A DNA stretch of 63,090 bases, filler included, from an uncultured Myxococcia bacterium (lineage in GTDB: Bacteria > CAZTWC01), in NCBI GenBank assembly GCA_964617105.1. It is 5 parts of 5 records of this genome, joined end to end, with 100 filler letters (N's around TTAATTAATTAA, not from the genome) between each part and the next. Parts side by side here need not be neighbours in the genome. Positions count along the whole stretch, not along the records: positions 50,615 to 63,090 come from CAZTWC010000093.1; 4 more parts are not named here. One strand, 5' to 3'. Position numbers and translations under genes: made by a program. Shown piece after piece: positions 50,793 through 61,005 of this stretch; within the stretch, counting starts at the first letter, position 1; every line of letters begins with the position of its first letter. The notes beneath the pieces are model-generated. The model was not told the origin of the DNA. It searched no databases and saw only the letters and a list, made by a program, of their open reading frames with translations.

Positions 50793-52304
50793 ATGGAAGA
50801 GATACTCTACCTGGTAGGCAAGGATTTTTTGCCTCATGCTGAAAAAAACCTGAAGGAGATCGGCGCTTACCTGGATAAAAACCTGGAGCGTCATTATATC
50901 CTGGAACGCGAATCCGGCGAAACCGCCATTGTGTATCACTTCAGGATATCCTTTTCCATTGACGAGGTATTGGAGTTACTTACCAAGCGTTACTTTAACT
51001 TTATTGTTGTAGATAACCGGCGATACAATCATCCTATAGATTTTGAAGATTCTTTGGCCGCATCTTTGCTCAAACGGCTCCAGTTTCAGTCAGACCCTGA
51101 TCGGATGTACCCCGCCTCCCGGATAATGGTTATCCTGGATATCGGAACCCATACCGCTGAAGATGCCTTTAAACTGGGAGCGTACCGGGTGGGCACTTTC
51201 TTAATCCATCCTCTATATGCCAATAAATTTTACATGGAGGTTGACCGGTTGACCAGGGCCCGGAAGCAGAAAGGTAAAGTCGCTCTTTGCCTGGCTGGCG
51301 GCGGGATAGAGGGACTCCTGTATGAGATTGGCGTTTGTATGGCCATGGACAGTTTCTTTGCCGATTTTTCCGTAGTTGATTTTGATATTTTTTGTGGTAT
51401 CAGTGCCGGATCCATGTTAGCCACCCTTTTAGCCAACGGTGTTTCCGCCGATAAAATTTACCAGGCTTTTACCAAAACTTCCCCTATTTTTGATCCTGTG
51501 ACCCCATCGATGGTATGGAATATCTCTTACCGGGAATATCTAAAACGGTTGCTCAATTTTTATAAACAAGCGGCCAAAAATCCCACCAACCTGTTTTCCG
51601 TACTGTTAAAAAGCATTCCGGCCGGATTTTTTCAGGGTGATAATATCGAAAAATATGTGGAAGATCAGATTGCTCGAAATGGTCTGACTAATGATTTTAG
51701 GAAGTTAAAGAAAGAGTTGTATATCGGCGTCACTAATCAGGACACCAATGAGCACACGGTTTTTGGCGATGGAAATTACCGTGATATCCCTATCTCCCAG
51801 GCAGTAAAGGCTTCCAGTGCTTTGGCTCCTTTTTTCAGTCCGGTCAAAGTTAAAGATAAATATTACGTAGACGGGCAATATACTCGAACTGCCAATTTTC
51901 ACCTGGCTATAGAAAAGGGGGCGAAACTGATTATTATAATTGATCCCCTGATCCCTTTGGAAATAGGTGAACCTGGGTACGTAATGAGTAAAGGGGGACT
52001 TTTTACTTCACTTCAAGGATTAAAATCCGTGATCCATACCAGGTTTATGACCGCCATGCGCTATGCCCGCGATCGTTATCCTGATGTTGATTTTTTTATT
52101 TTTAAGCCTTTGCGGGAAAGCATGAGGATCATGTCAGGTTCCCCCATGAAATATACTATTCGTACCCAGATTATCGACCTGGCCTTTCAATCTACCTGTC
52201 AGAGGATAGAAAGCGCCCACGAAATTTTTTCCAAGTGTTTCGCCAAGAGAAGTGTTGAACTGGTTAACTTAAGGGAACGCCGGCACAAGCATCCCAGCAC
52301 CTAA
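50793..52304 (+). CDS. Patatin-like phospholipase with N-terminal extra domain
   Basis: LAGGGIEG, GISAG (GxSxG), ASSAL, YVDG. Confidence 0.88.
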   Translation: MEEILYLVGKDFLPHAEKNLKEIGAYLDKNLERHYILERESGETAIVYHFRISFSIDEVLELLTKRYFNFIVVDNRRYNHPIDFEDSLAASLLKRLQFQSDPDRMYPASRIMVILDIGTHTAEDAFKLGAYRVGTFLIHPLYANKFYMEVDRLTRARKQKGKVALCLAGGGIEGLLYEIGVCMAMDSFFADFSVVDFDIFCGISAGSMLATLLANGVSADKIYQAFTKTSPIFDPVTPSMVWNISYREYLKRLLNFYKQAAKNPTNLFSVLLKSIPAGFFQGDNIEKYVEDQIARNGLTNDFRKLKKELYIGVTNQDTNEHTVFGDGNYRDIPISQAVKASSALAPFFSPVKVKDKYYVDGQYTRTANFHLAIEKGAKLIIIIDPLIPLEIGEPGYVMSKGGLFTSLQGLKSVIHTRFMTAMRYARDRYPDVDFFIFKPLRESMRIMSGSPMKYTIRTQIIDLAFQSTCQRIESAHEIFSKCFAKRSVELVNLRERRHKHPST

Positions 52305-52320
52305 AAACAAGAGGAATGTT

Positions 52321-53634
52321 ATGATTGAACGTTACTGCACTGAAAATATGAAGTGGCTTTGGGAGCCAAAAAACAAACTGAAAAAATGGTTGGAAGTTGA
52401 ATTGGCAGTTTGTGAGGCTCTGGCTAATAAAAACGAGATCCCTATGGAAGATTTCCAACAGATCAAAGAACGTTCCCTGAATTTTCCCAGCGATGAAAAT
52501 GTTAGACGTATCGATGAACTGGAAAGAAAAGTCAAGCACGATGTGATAGCCTTTTTACAGCATCTGGAAGAGATAATCGGCCCGTCAGCGCGCTATATTC
52601 ACATGGGGCTGACCTCTTCCGATATCCTGGATACCTCCTACAACCTGCTTCTACGGGATGCGGCCGATCTATTACTGGTTAATCTCGACCAGTTACTGAT
52701 CACTTTGAAAGAACAGGCGATTAAGCATAAAATCACCCCCATGATCGGCCGTTCTCACGGTGTTCATGCCGAGCCAATATCCCTGGGGCTGGTCTTTGCC
52801 AATTGGTTTGCCGAACTATTGCGGGGCAGGCGGAGGTTACAACGGGCCAGGGAAAATATAAATTTTGGAAAATTGAGCGGAGCCGTGGGAACTTTTGCCA
52901 ATATTTCCCCTTCCACAGAAGAGGCGATATGTAAAAGGCTGGGGTTGAAGCCAGAGGTGATCTCCTCACAAATAATCCAACGGGATCACCATGCAGAGTT
53001 TTTTACCACCCTGGCCATTATAGCCAGTTCCATTGAAAAATTTGCGGTTGAAATAAGACATTTTCAACAAACCGAACTCTGCGAAGTAGAGGAACCTTTC
53101 AGCCTTGGGCAGAAGGGCTCCTCCGCTATGCCCCACAAGCGTAATCCAATTTTATGTGAAAATATTTGTGGCCTGGCCAGGATAGTGCGCTCTCACAGTA
53201 TGGTGGCTTTGGAAAATATAGCTCTTTGGTATCAACGGGATATCAGCCACTCTTCTGCCGAAAGAGTGATCGGGCCTGATAGCACTATCCTGCTCGATTT
53301 CATGTTGGCAAGGTTCACCTATGTTATGAAAAACATCAATGTTTATCCAGAAAATATGCAGGCTAATCTAAACCTTAGCCAGGGGCTGATTTTTTCGCAG
53401 CAGGTACTTATGGTTCTAACCAAAAACGGGATGGCTCGACAAAAAGCTTACCAATTGGTTCAGACGGAAGCTATGAGAGTAAAAGAGCGGGGTATCAATT
53501 TTAAAGAGGCGTTGCTGAAAAACGATAACGTAATGGCCAAAGTTTCTCCTCAGGAGATAGAAGACTGTTTTGACCTGAGATTTCACTTAAAGTATGTGGA
53601 TAATATCTTTAACCGGGTTTTTAAAATATATTGA
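52321..53634 (+). CDS. purB: Adenylosuccinate lyase
   Basis: MIERY, HDVIAF, GRSHGVHAEP, GSSAMPHKRNP, RDISHSSAER. Confidence 0.97.
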   Translation: MIERYCTENMKWLWEPKNKLKKWLEVELAVCEALANKNEIPMEDFQQIKERSLNFPSDENVRRIDELERKVKHDVIAFLQHLEEIIGPSARYIHMGLTSSDILDTSYNLLLRDAADLLLVNLDQLLITLKEQAIKHKITPMIGRSHGVHAEPISLGLVFANWFAELLRGRRRLQRARENINFGKLSGAVGTFANISPSTEEAICKRLGLKPEVISSQIIQRDHHAEFFTTLAIIASSIEKFAVEIRHFQQTELCEVEEPFSLGQKGSSAMPHKRNPILCENICGLARIVRSHSMVALENIALWYQRDISHSSAERVIGPDSTILLDFMLARFTYVMKNINVYPENMQANLNLSQGLIFSQQVLMVLTKNGMARQKAYQLVQTEAMRVKERGINFKEALLKNDNVMAKVSPQEIEDCFDLRFHLKYVDNIFNRVFKIY

Positions 53635-53700
53635 GGCTATCTTCTATACAGAGCGTCTCTGGGGCGAAAAAACTAATCAATTATTATTCAGGTTGTGGTT

Positions 53701-56169
53701 ATGAGAAGAATATTTCAGTTTTCCGGCTTTAAATTGGCTTTGATTATTGCCGTGTTGTTTTCCCTTTTGTTTGAGTTGAAAAAAGAGACCTGGGACTTTT
53801 TAGAAGAGTTGGAGTTTTCGGTTTTGGATATCAAGTTTCGCAACCGGGGCAGCCGGCCTGTTTCCGGTAACGTAGTAATTGCTGCGGTGGATGAAAAAAG
53901 TCTGGTGGAACTCGGTCTCTGGCCCTGGCCCAGGAAAACCTGGGGACAATTCCTGGACGAACTGTCCCGTTCATATCAGCCCCGGGTGGTGAGCTTTGAT
54001 ATTGTCTTTGCCGAACCAGATAAAAATGTGGGGATTAAATTGGTTCAAGACCTGAAGGGCTTTGCCGAGAAATTTACCACTTTGGGATTACAAGACAAAA
54101 TAGCATCCCTCCAAAAAGAGAAAAATGAGTTGTCCAGCCAACTGAAATCTTTACACCCAGAAGATGATCAGCGAGTTGATATTCAAGAGGAGATCCTTCA
54201 GTTGGACACCAAGATAGAAATGGCTAATAAACAAATCAGTCAACTCAATCTTACCTATGGCGCCCTGACTAAAGAAGGTGATAAGTTGTGGAAGTCATTG
54301 GTTGATATTGAAAAAAGCACGGATAACGACCTGATTTTTTCCCAATCTTTAAAGCGTACTAAGTTTCCAGTTAACCTGGGGTACTTCTTTTTTACCTCCC
54401 GGCATATGCTCAAAGACTTAGAGGCTGCCGATTTTTTAGCGGGCATCCCATTAATCGATCCGGTAAAAATTCCAGCGCGTTTGGGAGAGGGAGTTGATCC
54501 GGAGAGATACTTTATTTCCCCGGTGGGCTTGAGGACTAATATCCCGATGTTGTCTCGCTCCACCAAACATTTTGGCTTTTTCAATTTCAAGGCTGATCCA
54601 GATAAAATATTCAGACGTATCCATCTGGTCTATTATTTTGATGAAAAATATTATCCCTCTTTAGCCCTGGAGACCCTGAAAGGTTATTATGGTGAACCCC
54701 TGGGGCTTCAGGTTGGCACATCTAAAGTTCGGGAGGAAGAGGCTCGGGAAGTTAAAATAATGGTGGGGGAAAAGGATGTCCCCGTGGACGATCACAGCGG
54801 TTTTCTGCTCAACTACTACGGCCCAAAAGGGACAATTCCCACCTATAGTATAATTGACATTATCGCCGGCAAGATTCCCAAGGAAAAGTTGCAAGACAAG
54901 GTGATATTTATCGGTCCTACCGCTGTGGGTATTTACGATCTCAGGCCCAGTCCCTACGAGTCGGATTATCCAGGAGTTGAATTGCACGCTACCATGGTGG
55001 AAAACGTGCTCAATGAAGATTTTTTAACGCGTCCATCTTACGTGGAAGCCATTGAATTTTTAACGATTATTCTATTGGGAATAATTTTAGGGTGGCTGTT
55101 AAACCGGGTCAAATTGACCTATGGGCTGATTTGCACCATGGTGCTTAGCGTATTGATGGTCTATTTGGATAAAGTTCTTTTTTTCGACCGGGGCTTGTGG
55201 ATGCAGATAGTGATGCCCATAATGGAGATGTGGATTATCTTTATAGGCATTGCCGTGTACCGATATTTTACCGAAGAGAAGGACAAGTTGAAAATCAAGA
55301 AGGCTTTCCAGTTTTACGTAACCAAAAGTGTAGTGGATGAGATGCTCAAGGATGCCAGCAAGTTACAGTTGGGCGGACAAAAAGAGGAGTTAACTGTCCT
55401 CTTTTCCGATATCCGGGGGTTTACTTCTATTAGCGAAAATCTGGCCGCCGAACAATTAGCTTACCTGATCAACTCCTACCTGACTCCTATGACCAATATC
55501 GTATTTAAATATAACGGTACTTTGGATAAGTATATGGGTGATGCCATTATGGCCATTTTTGGAGCGCCAATTCATTACCAGTACCATGCGGTGCAAGCCT
55601 GTCATGCCGCTTTGGAGATGATGGATGAGTTGAACGTTCTCTGTCCCCAATGGGTTGAAAAGGGATTTCCTCCAATAAACATTGGAATCGGCATCAATAC
55701 CGGCTTTATGTCAGTAGGAAACATGGGTTCTGATATCAGGTTCGATTACACGGTAATGGGAGATAACGTCAACCTGGGTTCCCGGTTGGAAGGGATCAAC
55801 AAGCAGTACAAAACCAATATCATACTCAGTGAATACACTTATCTGGCGGTGAAGGATCGGAAATTGTTCAATATCAGGGAGATGGATTCGGTCAGGGTTA
55901 AGGGTAAACAGGAACCAGTGGTTATCTACGAACTGGTTAGTCGGGGAAAACCCAAACAGTGGGCATTAGATTTGATCGCCACCTTTGAGGCAGGCTTAGC
56001 CGCATACAAAAAACAGGAGTGGGATAAGGGACTAGTTTACTTTCAAAACGCACTCAAAATAAAACAGGAAGATTTTGCTTCGCAACTTTACTTAGAGCGA
56101 TGCCAGACTTATATGCAAAATCCGCCGGGCCAGAATTGGGACGGGGTTTTTACCATGACGTCTAAATAA
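53701..56169 (+). CDS. CHASE2-domain class III adenylate cyclase
   Basis: WPWPR, FDIVFAE, PGVELHA; FSDIRGFT, DKYMGDAIMA, GDNVNLGSRLEG, VKGK. Confidence 0.93.
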   Translation: MRRIFQFSGFKLALIIAVLFSLLFELKKETWDFLEELEFSVLDIKFRNRGSRPVSGNVVIAAVDEKSLVELGLWPWPRKTWGQFLDELSRSYQPRVVSFDIVFAEPDKNVGIKLVQDLKGFAEKFTTLGLQDKIASLQKEKNELSSQLKSLHPEDDQRVDIQEEILQLDTKIEMANKQISQLNLTYGALTKEGDKLWKSLVDIEKSTDNDLIFSQSLKRTKFPVNLGYFFFTSRHMLKDLEAADFLAGIPLIDPVKIPARLGEGVDPERYFISPVGLRTNIPMLSRSTKHFGFFNFKADPDKIFRRIHLVYYFDEKYYPSLALETLKGYYGEPLGLQVGTSKVREEEAREVKIMVGEKDVPVDDHSGFLLNYYGPKGTIPTYSIIDIIAGKIPKEKLQDKVIFIGPTAVGIYDLRPSPYESDYPGVELHATMVENVLNEDFLTRPSYVEAIEFLTIILLGIILGWLLNRVKLTYGLICTMVLSVLMVYLDKVLFFDRGLWMQIVMPIMEMWIIFIGIAVYRYFTEEKDKLKIKKAFQFYVTKSVVDEMLKDASKLQLGGQKEELTVLFSDIRGFTSISENLAAEQLAYLINSYLTPMTNIVFKYNGTLDKYMGDAIMAIFGAPIHYQYHAVQACHAALEMMDELNVLCPQWVEKGFPPINIGIGINTGFMSVGNMGSDIRFDYTVMGDNVNLGSRLEGINKQYKTNIILSEYTYLAVKDRKLFNIREMDSVRVKGKQEPVVIYELVSRGKPKQWALDLIATFEAGLAAYKKQEWDKGLVYFQNALKIKQEDFASQLYLERCQTYMQNPPGQNWDGVFTMTSK

Positions 56170-56181
56170 GGAGGAGAACAA

Positions 56182-58056
56182 ATGGCTGGAGGGTATATGG
56201 GAAAATCGCTGGAAATCGATCTTTCCAGCGGAGCCATTAAAAAGTTTAGTTTTTCCAGAGAAGAGAGGGAATTGTATTTGGGGGGACGGGGTTTGGCCAC
56301 CAGATATCTCTATCAAAACACCCAACCTGGCTATGATCCTTTGGGAGAAGATGCGCTGTTGATATTTGGCACCGGCCCGATTAATGGCACTTCTGCCACC
56401 CAGACCAACCGTTTTACCATTACCGCGAAATCACCTCTGACCGGAGGGATTGCTACCTCTGCCTGCGGCGGTAATTTTTGTACCAAGTTAAAAAAAGCGG
56501 GTTATGATCTGGTGGTGATCAGGGGAAAGGCAAAAACACCGGTAATAATAGAGATCGACCAGGATATGGTTCGAATCAAAAAAGCGGGCCGACTTTGGGG
56601 CAAAGGGACTTATTCAACCCAGGAGGCTTTGCCCGGGCAGTTTGGCAAAGCGGTAATTGGTCCGGCCGGAGAAAACCTGGTTAAATACGCCTGTATTGTC
56701 AGTGAAGAGAGGGTCGCAGGTCGGGCGGGAATGGGAGCGGTGATGGGTTCTAAGAACCTGAAAGCCATCATGGCGAACGGTAAAAGCAAGGTGGAGATAA
56801 TCGAGACCGAGAAATTTCGGGAATTTCAAAAGTTTATGACTCGGTTTATGCTGGATCACCCCATGACCGGTGATGTTCTTCCTCGCCTGGGAACCGCTAA
56901 TCTGGTGAGGACCACTGCGGGAAAAAATATTATCCCAACTTTTAATTTCAGACAGGGGCGTCACCCGGAAACCGCTAAAATAAGTGGAGAGGAATTGGCG
57001 GACAAACACCTGGAGAAGACAGGAGGCTGCACCTCCTGTGCCATTAAGTGCGGCCGGGTAGTAAAGGTGGATGGTAAATTGGTCAAGGGACCTGAATTTG
57101 AAACTCTGGCTTTGCTTTCCAATAACCTGGGGAATTTTAAACTAACCAATATCAATCGTTGGAACTATATCTGTGATGACCTGGGGATTGACACCATCTC
57201 CTGTGGCAACAGTATAGGTTTTGTAATGGAGTTGACTGAAAAGGGGCTGCTAAATTCCCCCTATCGCTTTGGTAAAACTGACAATATTGAAGATTTGTTG
57301 CATAGTATCGCCCATCGGCAGGGCCTGGGCAATGATATTGCAGAAGGAGTAAGGAGTTTAAGCGAGAAATATGGCGGTAAGGAGTTCGCTTGTCATGTCA
57401 AGGGACTGGAGTTACCTGGCTATGACCCCAGGGGGTGTTACGGTCAGGGTCTGGAATACGCTACCACCAATCGGGGAGGTTGCCATATTCAGGGATCCAC
57501 CATGTACCTGGAAGCCACCGGTTTTTTCATCGTAGATCCACATTCCATCAAGGCAAAACCGGAACTGGTGGTGCTGCAGCAAAATACCAACGCAGCCATA
57601 AGTTCTTTGATTATGTGTTATTTTTCCGCCTATGCCATGATTCCAGGGTTGACCTACAAGATGAAACCCCACGGACTGGTTTTCAATTTGCTCTCTAAGT
57701 TGGTATTGAACAGTGGGCCGGTGCTGCAGGTAATGTTAAAGTATGGAGCGCCAATACCGCTCTTATGGTTCGAAAGATACCTGGGTTATGTGAAGGGGCG
57801 CACCTGTACTATGGGTGAATTTGTTAAAATCGGGGAGCGTATCTTTAATATGGAAAGATTGTTTAATCTGCGGGAGGGGTTTAGCCGCCGGGATGACATT
57901 TTGCCGCCCAGGCTGTTAAATGACTCCACTTTTCCAGGAATTAAGGGAGGCGTCCCCCTGAATAAATTGCTGCCCAGGTATTATCGGGTACGTGGTTGGG
58001 ACCAGTCGGGTGTACCTACCCATAAAACTTTGCAGAAATTGGAGATTCGTCTTTAG
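56182..58056 (+). CDS. Tungsten-type aldehyde:ferredoxin oxidoreductase family protein
   Basis: YLGGRG, KSPLTG, GPAGEN, GAVMGSKNLKA, CTSCAIKC, GPEFET, DDLGIDT, YDPR, RGGCH. Confidence 0.93.
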   Translation: MAGGYMGKSLEIDLSSGAIKKFSFSREERELYLGGRGLATRYLYQNTQPGYDPLGEDALLIFGTGPINGTSATQTNRFTITAKSPLTGGIATSACGGNFCTKLKKAGYDLVVIRGKAKTPVIIEIDQDMVRIKKAGRLWGKGTYSTQEALPGQFGKAVIGPAGENLVKYACIVSEERVAGRAGMGAVMGSKNLKAIMANGKSKVEIIETEKFREFQKFMTRFMLDHPMTGDVLPRLGTANLVRTTAGKNIIPTFNFRQGRHPETAKISGEELADKHLEKTGGCTSCAIKCGRVVKVDGKLVKGPEFETLALLSNNLGNFKLTNINRWNYICDDLGIDTISCGNSIGFVMELTEKGLLNSPYRFGKTDNIEDLLHSIAHRQGLGNDIAEGVRSLSEKYGGKEFACHVKGLELPGYDPRGCYGQGLEYATTNRGGCHIQGSTMYLEATGFFIVDPHSIKAKPELVVLQQNTNAAISSLIMCYFSAYAMIPGLTYKMKPHGLVFNLLSKLVLNSGPVLQVMLKYGAPIPLLWFERYLGYVKGRTCTMGEFVKIGERIFNMERLFNLREGFSRRDDILPPRLLNDSTFPGIKGGVPLNKLLPRYYRVRGWDQSGVPTHKTLQKLEIRL

Positions 58057-58120
58057 AATAAAACTGAGTTGAATGGAAAATTGGTTTGCTAAAGATAAAT
58101 AAAATGGTAAATTATTAATT

Positions 58121-58369
58121 ATGGCGGTTATTTATCCCCATTACCAATTGGCAAAAATCTTGGAAAGCCACCAGATAATTTTGAATTGCCGTGATGTTAA
58201 TGAGATGTTGGCTAATTTATCCGAAATGGCTACCGGATATGCTAATACAGGGCTAAACACTGTAAGCATTACGGTTAATGGGATTAGTATTAACCAATTA
58301 GAGGGGACCAAAACAAGGTTGAAGGAGGATGATCAGGTTTATTTGCTGGTACCTTCTGCTGGCGGTTAA
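58121..58369 (+). CDS. MoaD/ThiS family sulfur carrier
   Basis: 82 aa, VNG, C-terminal AGG; directly after AOR. Confidence 0.85.
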   Translation: MAVIYPHYQLAKILESHQIILNCRDVNEMLANLSEMATGYANTGLNTVSITVNGISINQLEGTKTRLKEDDQVYLLVPSAGG

Positions 58370-58423
58370 AAATTTTAACCAGAAAATTAGAGACCCCTTT
58401 TTGATTGATTAAGGAAATTGTAG

Positions 58424-59152
58424 ATGAAGATAAAAAAAATAATTGTTGTTGATGATGGAAGAGATTTTCTGAATACTTGCCGTATCGCTTTGAGAGGCCA
58501 GGGGTACGATATTATGCGGGCCAAAAATTCAGCGGATGCGGTAGATTTGATGACAGAGGAGTTGCCAGACGCTATTTTTATCGACTTAGAATTTAGTAAG
58601 CCGGATGCCATAGAATTTTGTCAATTGATAAAAAAGGAGATGTGTTATCCTTTTTTGGAAAGACTTCAAACCGTAATAGTGTTAGAACAGAAAAGAGTAA
58701 TCGGCTCCAGGGAGGATTTTATTGATTTAACCGGGTGCAGCGATTATATTTTAAAACCGGTCAATATCCACCAACTCTATGTCACTTTGCAAAAAATGAC
58801 CGAAAAATATCCACGCCAGGCTTTGCGTTCGCCTATCAATATCTTAGTAAAATATGTCTGGGAAGGTGGCCAGGGCGATGATTTTACCAATTCCCTTTCC
58901 GATGGCGGCATTTTTATACTTACCCAAAATCTGTTGGCTTTGGATACTGAAATTGATCTGTCTTTTACTTTACCCGGTAACCATAAGGATATTTCCCATA
59001 CAGTTAACTGCCGGGGCAGGGTCGCTCATATTTATGAGGTGGAGGAGAATAGAGATAGAGAAAGTCAGGGGATGGGCGTGCAGTTTATAAACTGTAGCCA
59101 ACGGGACCAGATGCAGATCAGGAAGTATGTCGAGAAACTACTATTTACTTAG
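58424..59152 (+). CDS. Receiver + PilZ domain protein
   Basis: IIVVDD, AIFID, ILKP; PRQALR (RxxxR), SLSDGGIF, GMGVQF. Confidence 0.85.
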   Translation: MKIKKIIVVDDGRDFLNTCRIALRGQGYDIMRAKNSADAVDLMTEELPDAIFIDLEFSKPDAIEFCQLIKKEMCYPFLERLQTVIVLEQKRVIGSREDFIDLTGCSDYILKPVNIHQLYVTLQKMTEKYPRQALRSPINILVKYVWEGGQGDDFTNSLSDGGIFILTQNLLALDTEIDLSFTLPGNHKDISHTVNCRGRVAHIYEVEENRDRESQGMGVQFINCSQRDQMQIRKYVEKLLFT

Positions 59153-59176
59153 GGTTCACCCTTAGGGCTCCCACAC

Positions 59177-59222
59177 AAAAAAAGGCCGGTGCTAATATCT
59201 AATATTAGCACCGGCCTTTTTT
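59177..59222. terminator. Bidirectional Rho-independent terminator between convergent genes
   Basis: A7-GGCCGGTGCTAATA-loop-TATTAGCACCGGCC-T6. Confidence 0.9.
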
Positions 59223-59242
59223 ATTTTGTTAAGGTCGTTGAT

Positions 59243-59262
59243 AGCGGCGCATATGCGCCGCT
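59243..59262. repeat. Perfect 20-bp palindrome related to the 22551 element arm
   Basis: AGCGGCGCATATGCGCCGCT preceded by GAT, cf. GATAGCGGTGCAT. Confidence 0.55.
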
Positions 59263-59267
59263 CTTAA

Positions 59268-60884
59268 CTATTTGCCATAGACCTCATTGGGGCGTACTTG
59301 CGGGGCAACGCCAAATGCGGGTTTGTAGGGACCGGGATCAGTTGGTTGGTACATTTTAGTGATATAGATATTAAGATCCGTATAATCATACCACTGTTCA
59401 TGTTTCTCTTTTTTGGCGACTGATTTTTTATCGCCAATCTGAAAACGAAAACTTACCATTTGGGTATCTTTTTCCAACTCGCTCTTTTTCAGGGTCAAAC
59501 TCCCCTCAACAGTTTCGTTGGGTCCGATGGTAGTACTGTCCAGAGAGATGTTTCCATATTTGTAGGAGTAGGCTTTTGGGGTCAAGTAGTTTTTCCAGAA
59601 CAACTCTTTCCGTATTTTAGAACCCTCTTTTTGTTCTTCAGTGCCGTAATGAGATACTTCCAAAAACTTAATAATACCTTCGTTCTTGCAGGTATTTTTT
59701 AATTTAAAAGAGATTTCACAGGTGGAATCGTCACATTTGTCCTTACGGTCAACCAGGTAAATACGGGCAATTTTATTGCAACGGCGATCGGTTTGAATAT
59801 AGATGGCATGAGACTTAGAGTCTTTGGAACCATCGGAACCGTGAACTGTCAAAGTGACCAGTTGTCTGATATGATCATCGTTAAGTTCTCTCTCTTCGGT
59901 TTTGCTATCCATGTTATCAAAGTTGTATTCGTGAGTTATCCAAGTTTTATCACTTGTTTCGGTGTTGCCATCGCCGAACTGCCATTCGGTTTTGGTAATT
60001 TTAACACCTTCCACCAAAGAGGGTTTAGCGATAAAGTAATATTTGGGTGTCATGGTGGTGCGGTCATGGTGATAGGAAAATTCCGCTTTTATTTTTTGTG
60101 TGGCGTCTTTTTGGATATCGCAATTGCCCATTACTTCTACAGTAAAAGTTTTGGTGTCTGGCATATGGGTAGAGGCATCTTTATTGGTGGGATGGGCCCA
60201 GGCAGTAACTGTGTATTTACCCGGTTTTTTAACTCTGCCGAATTCAGCCAAGCGGCCAGAGTTATAGTAAGTGTGACCGTCATGAGGATTCACCCAACTC
60301 CACAAATATTGAACGGGATTTCCTTCATCGTCATCTGCCACCATTTCGATAACAGTGGTATCATTCAAGCATATTTTGGGGTTCCATACTTTAACGTCTT
60401 TGATATGGGTGCTCTTTTTGGCGCCGGTCATTTTCATGGCCAGGGATAAACTGACAGGGGCTTTGCCATCTTTTTCGAGTCGTTTGGTTCCGGCTGCTCC
60501 GGCAACTGCTTTTGAGGCGGTTTCCTGGGTGACCATAAAATCGACTGACGCGGAAGTTTTGGAAGTATCGGCAGTAATGGTTATTGAAACAGAGTATTTA
60601 CCAGGTTTATCCGGGGCTACCCAAACGGCGCTGCAAGTCGGAAGGTTGATGTCTATGATTTTACCGCCAGTGGCGTTCCATTTGAAATTAGGTTTGTACT
60701 CATCGGAGAAATCAAGAAGTTCGCACAGCAAGTTATTATGCGATTTCATGGCTACCTGATGTCTCTCCTGGAACAGGTTTACTTTTAGAGTAACAGGGTC
60801 TTTGGCAGTCATAACTGCAAAAAGAATGACGATAACAGCGATAATCAATACGATAACCGCGGTGAGTAGTTTGTTTTTTGGCAT
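59268..60884 (-). CDS. Membrane-anchored Ig-like/PKD-domain protein
   Basis: AGGAG RBS, N-terminal TM, WVAPDKPGKYSV, WQFGDG PKD motif. Confidence 0.75.
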   Translation of the reverse strand: MPKNKLLTAVIVLIIAVIVILFAVMTAKDPVTLKVNLFQERHQVAMKSHNNLLCELLDFSDEYKPNFKWNATGGKIIDINLPTCSAVWVAPDKPGKYSVSITITADTSKTSASVDFMVTQETASKAVAGAAGTKRLEKDGKAPVSLSLAMKMTGAKKSTHIKDVKVWNPKICLNDTTVIEMVADDDEGNPVQYLWSWVNPHDGHTYYNSGRLAEFGRVKKPGKYTVTAWAHPTNKDASTHMPDTKTFTVEVMGNCDIQKDATQKIKAEFSYHHDRTTMTPKYYFIAKPSLVEGVKITKTEWQFGDGNTETSDKTWITHEYNFDNMDSKTEERELNDDHIRQLVTLTVHGSDGSKDSKSHAIYIQTDRRCNKIARIYLVDRKDKCDDSTCEISFKLKNTCKNEGIIKFLEVSHYGTEEQKEGSKIRKELFWKNYLTPKAYSYKYGNISLDSTTIGPNETVEGSLTLKKSELEKDTQMVSFRFQIGDKKSVAKKEKHEQWYDYTDLNIYITKMYQPTDPGPYKPAFGVAPQVRPNEVYGK

Positions 60885-61005
60885 AAGATACTCCTTTGTG
60901 GTAAAAAAAAATAGAAACAATTAATTTAAATCAAATAACGTCATATGTATAATCTGTTACATTAAAAAAATCAAGAAAAAAGTAATGTTATTATTGTCCA
61001 GAATT

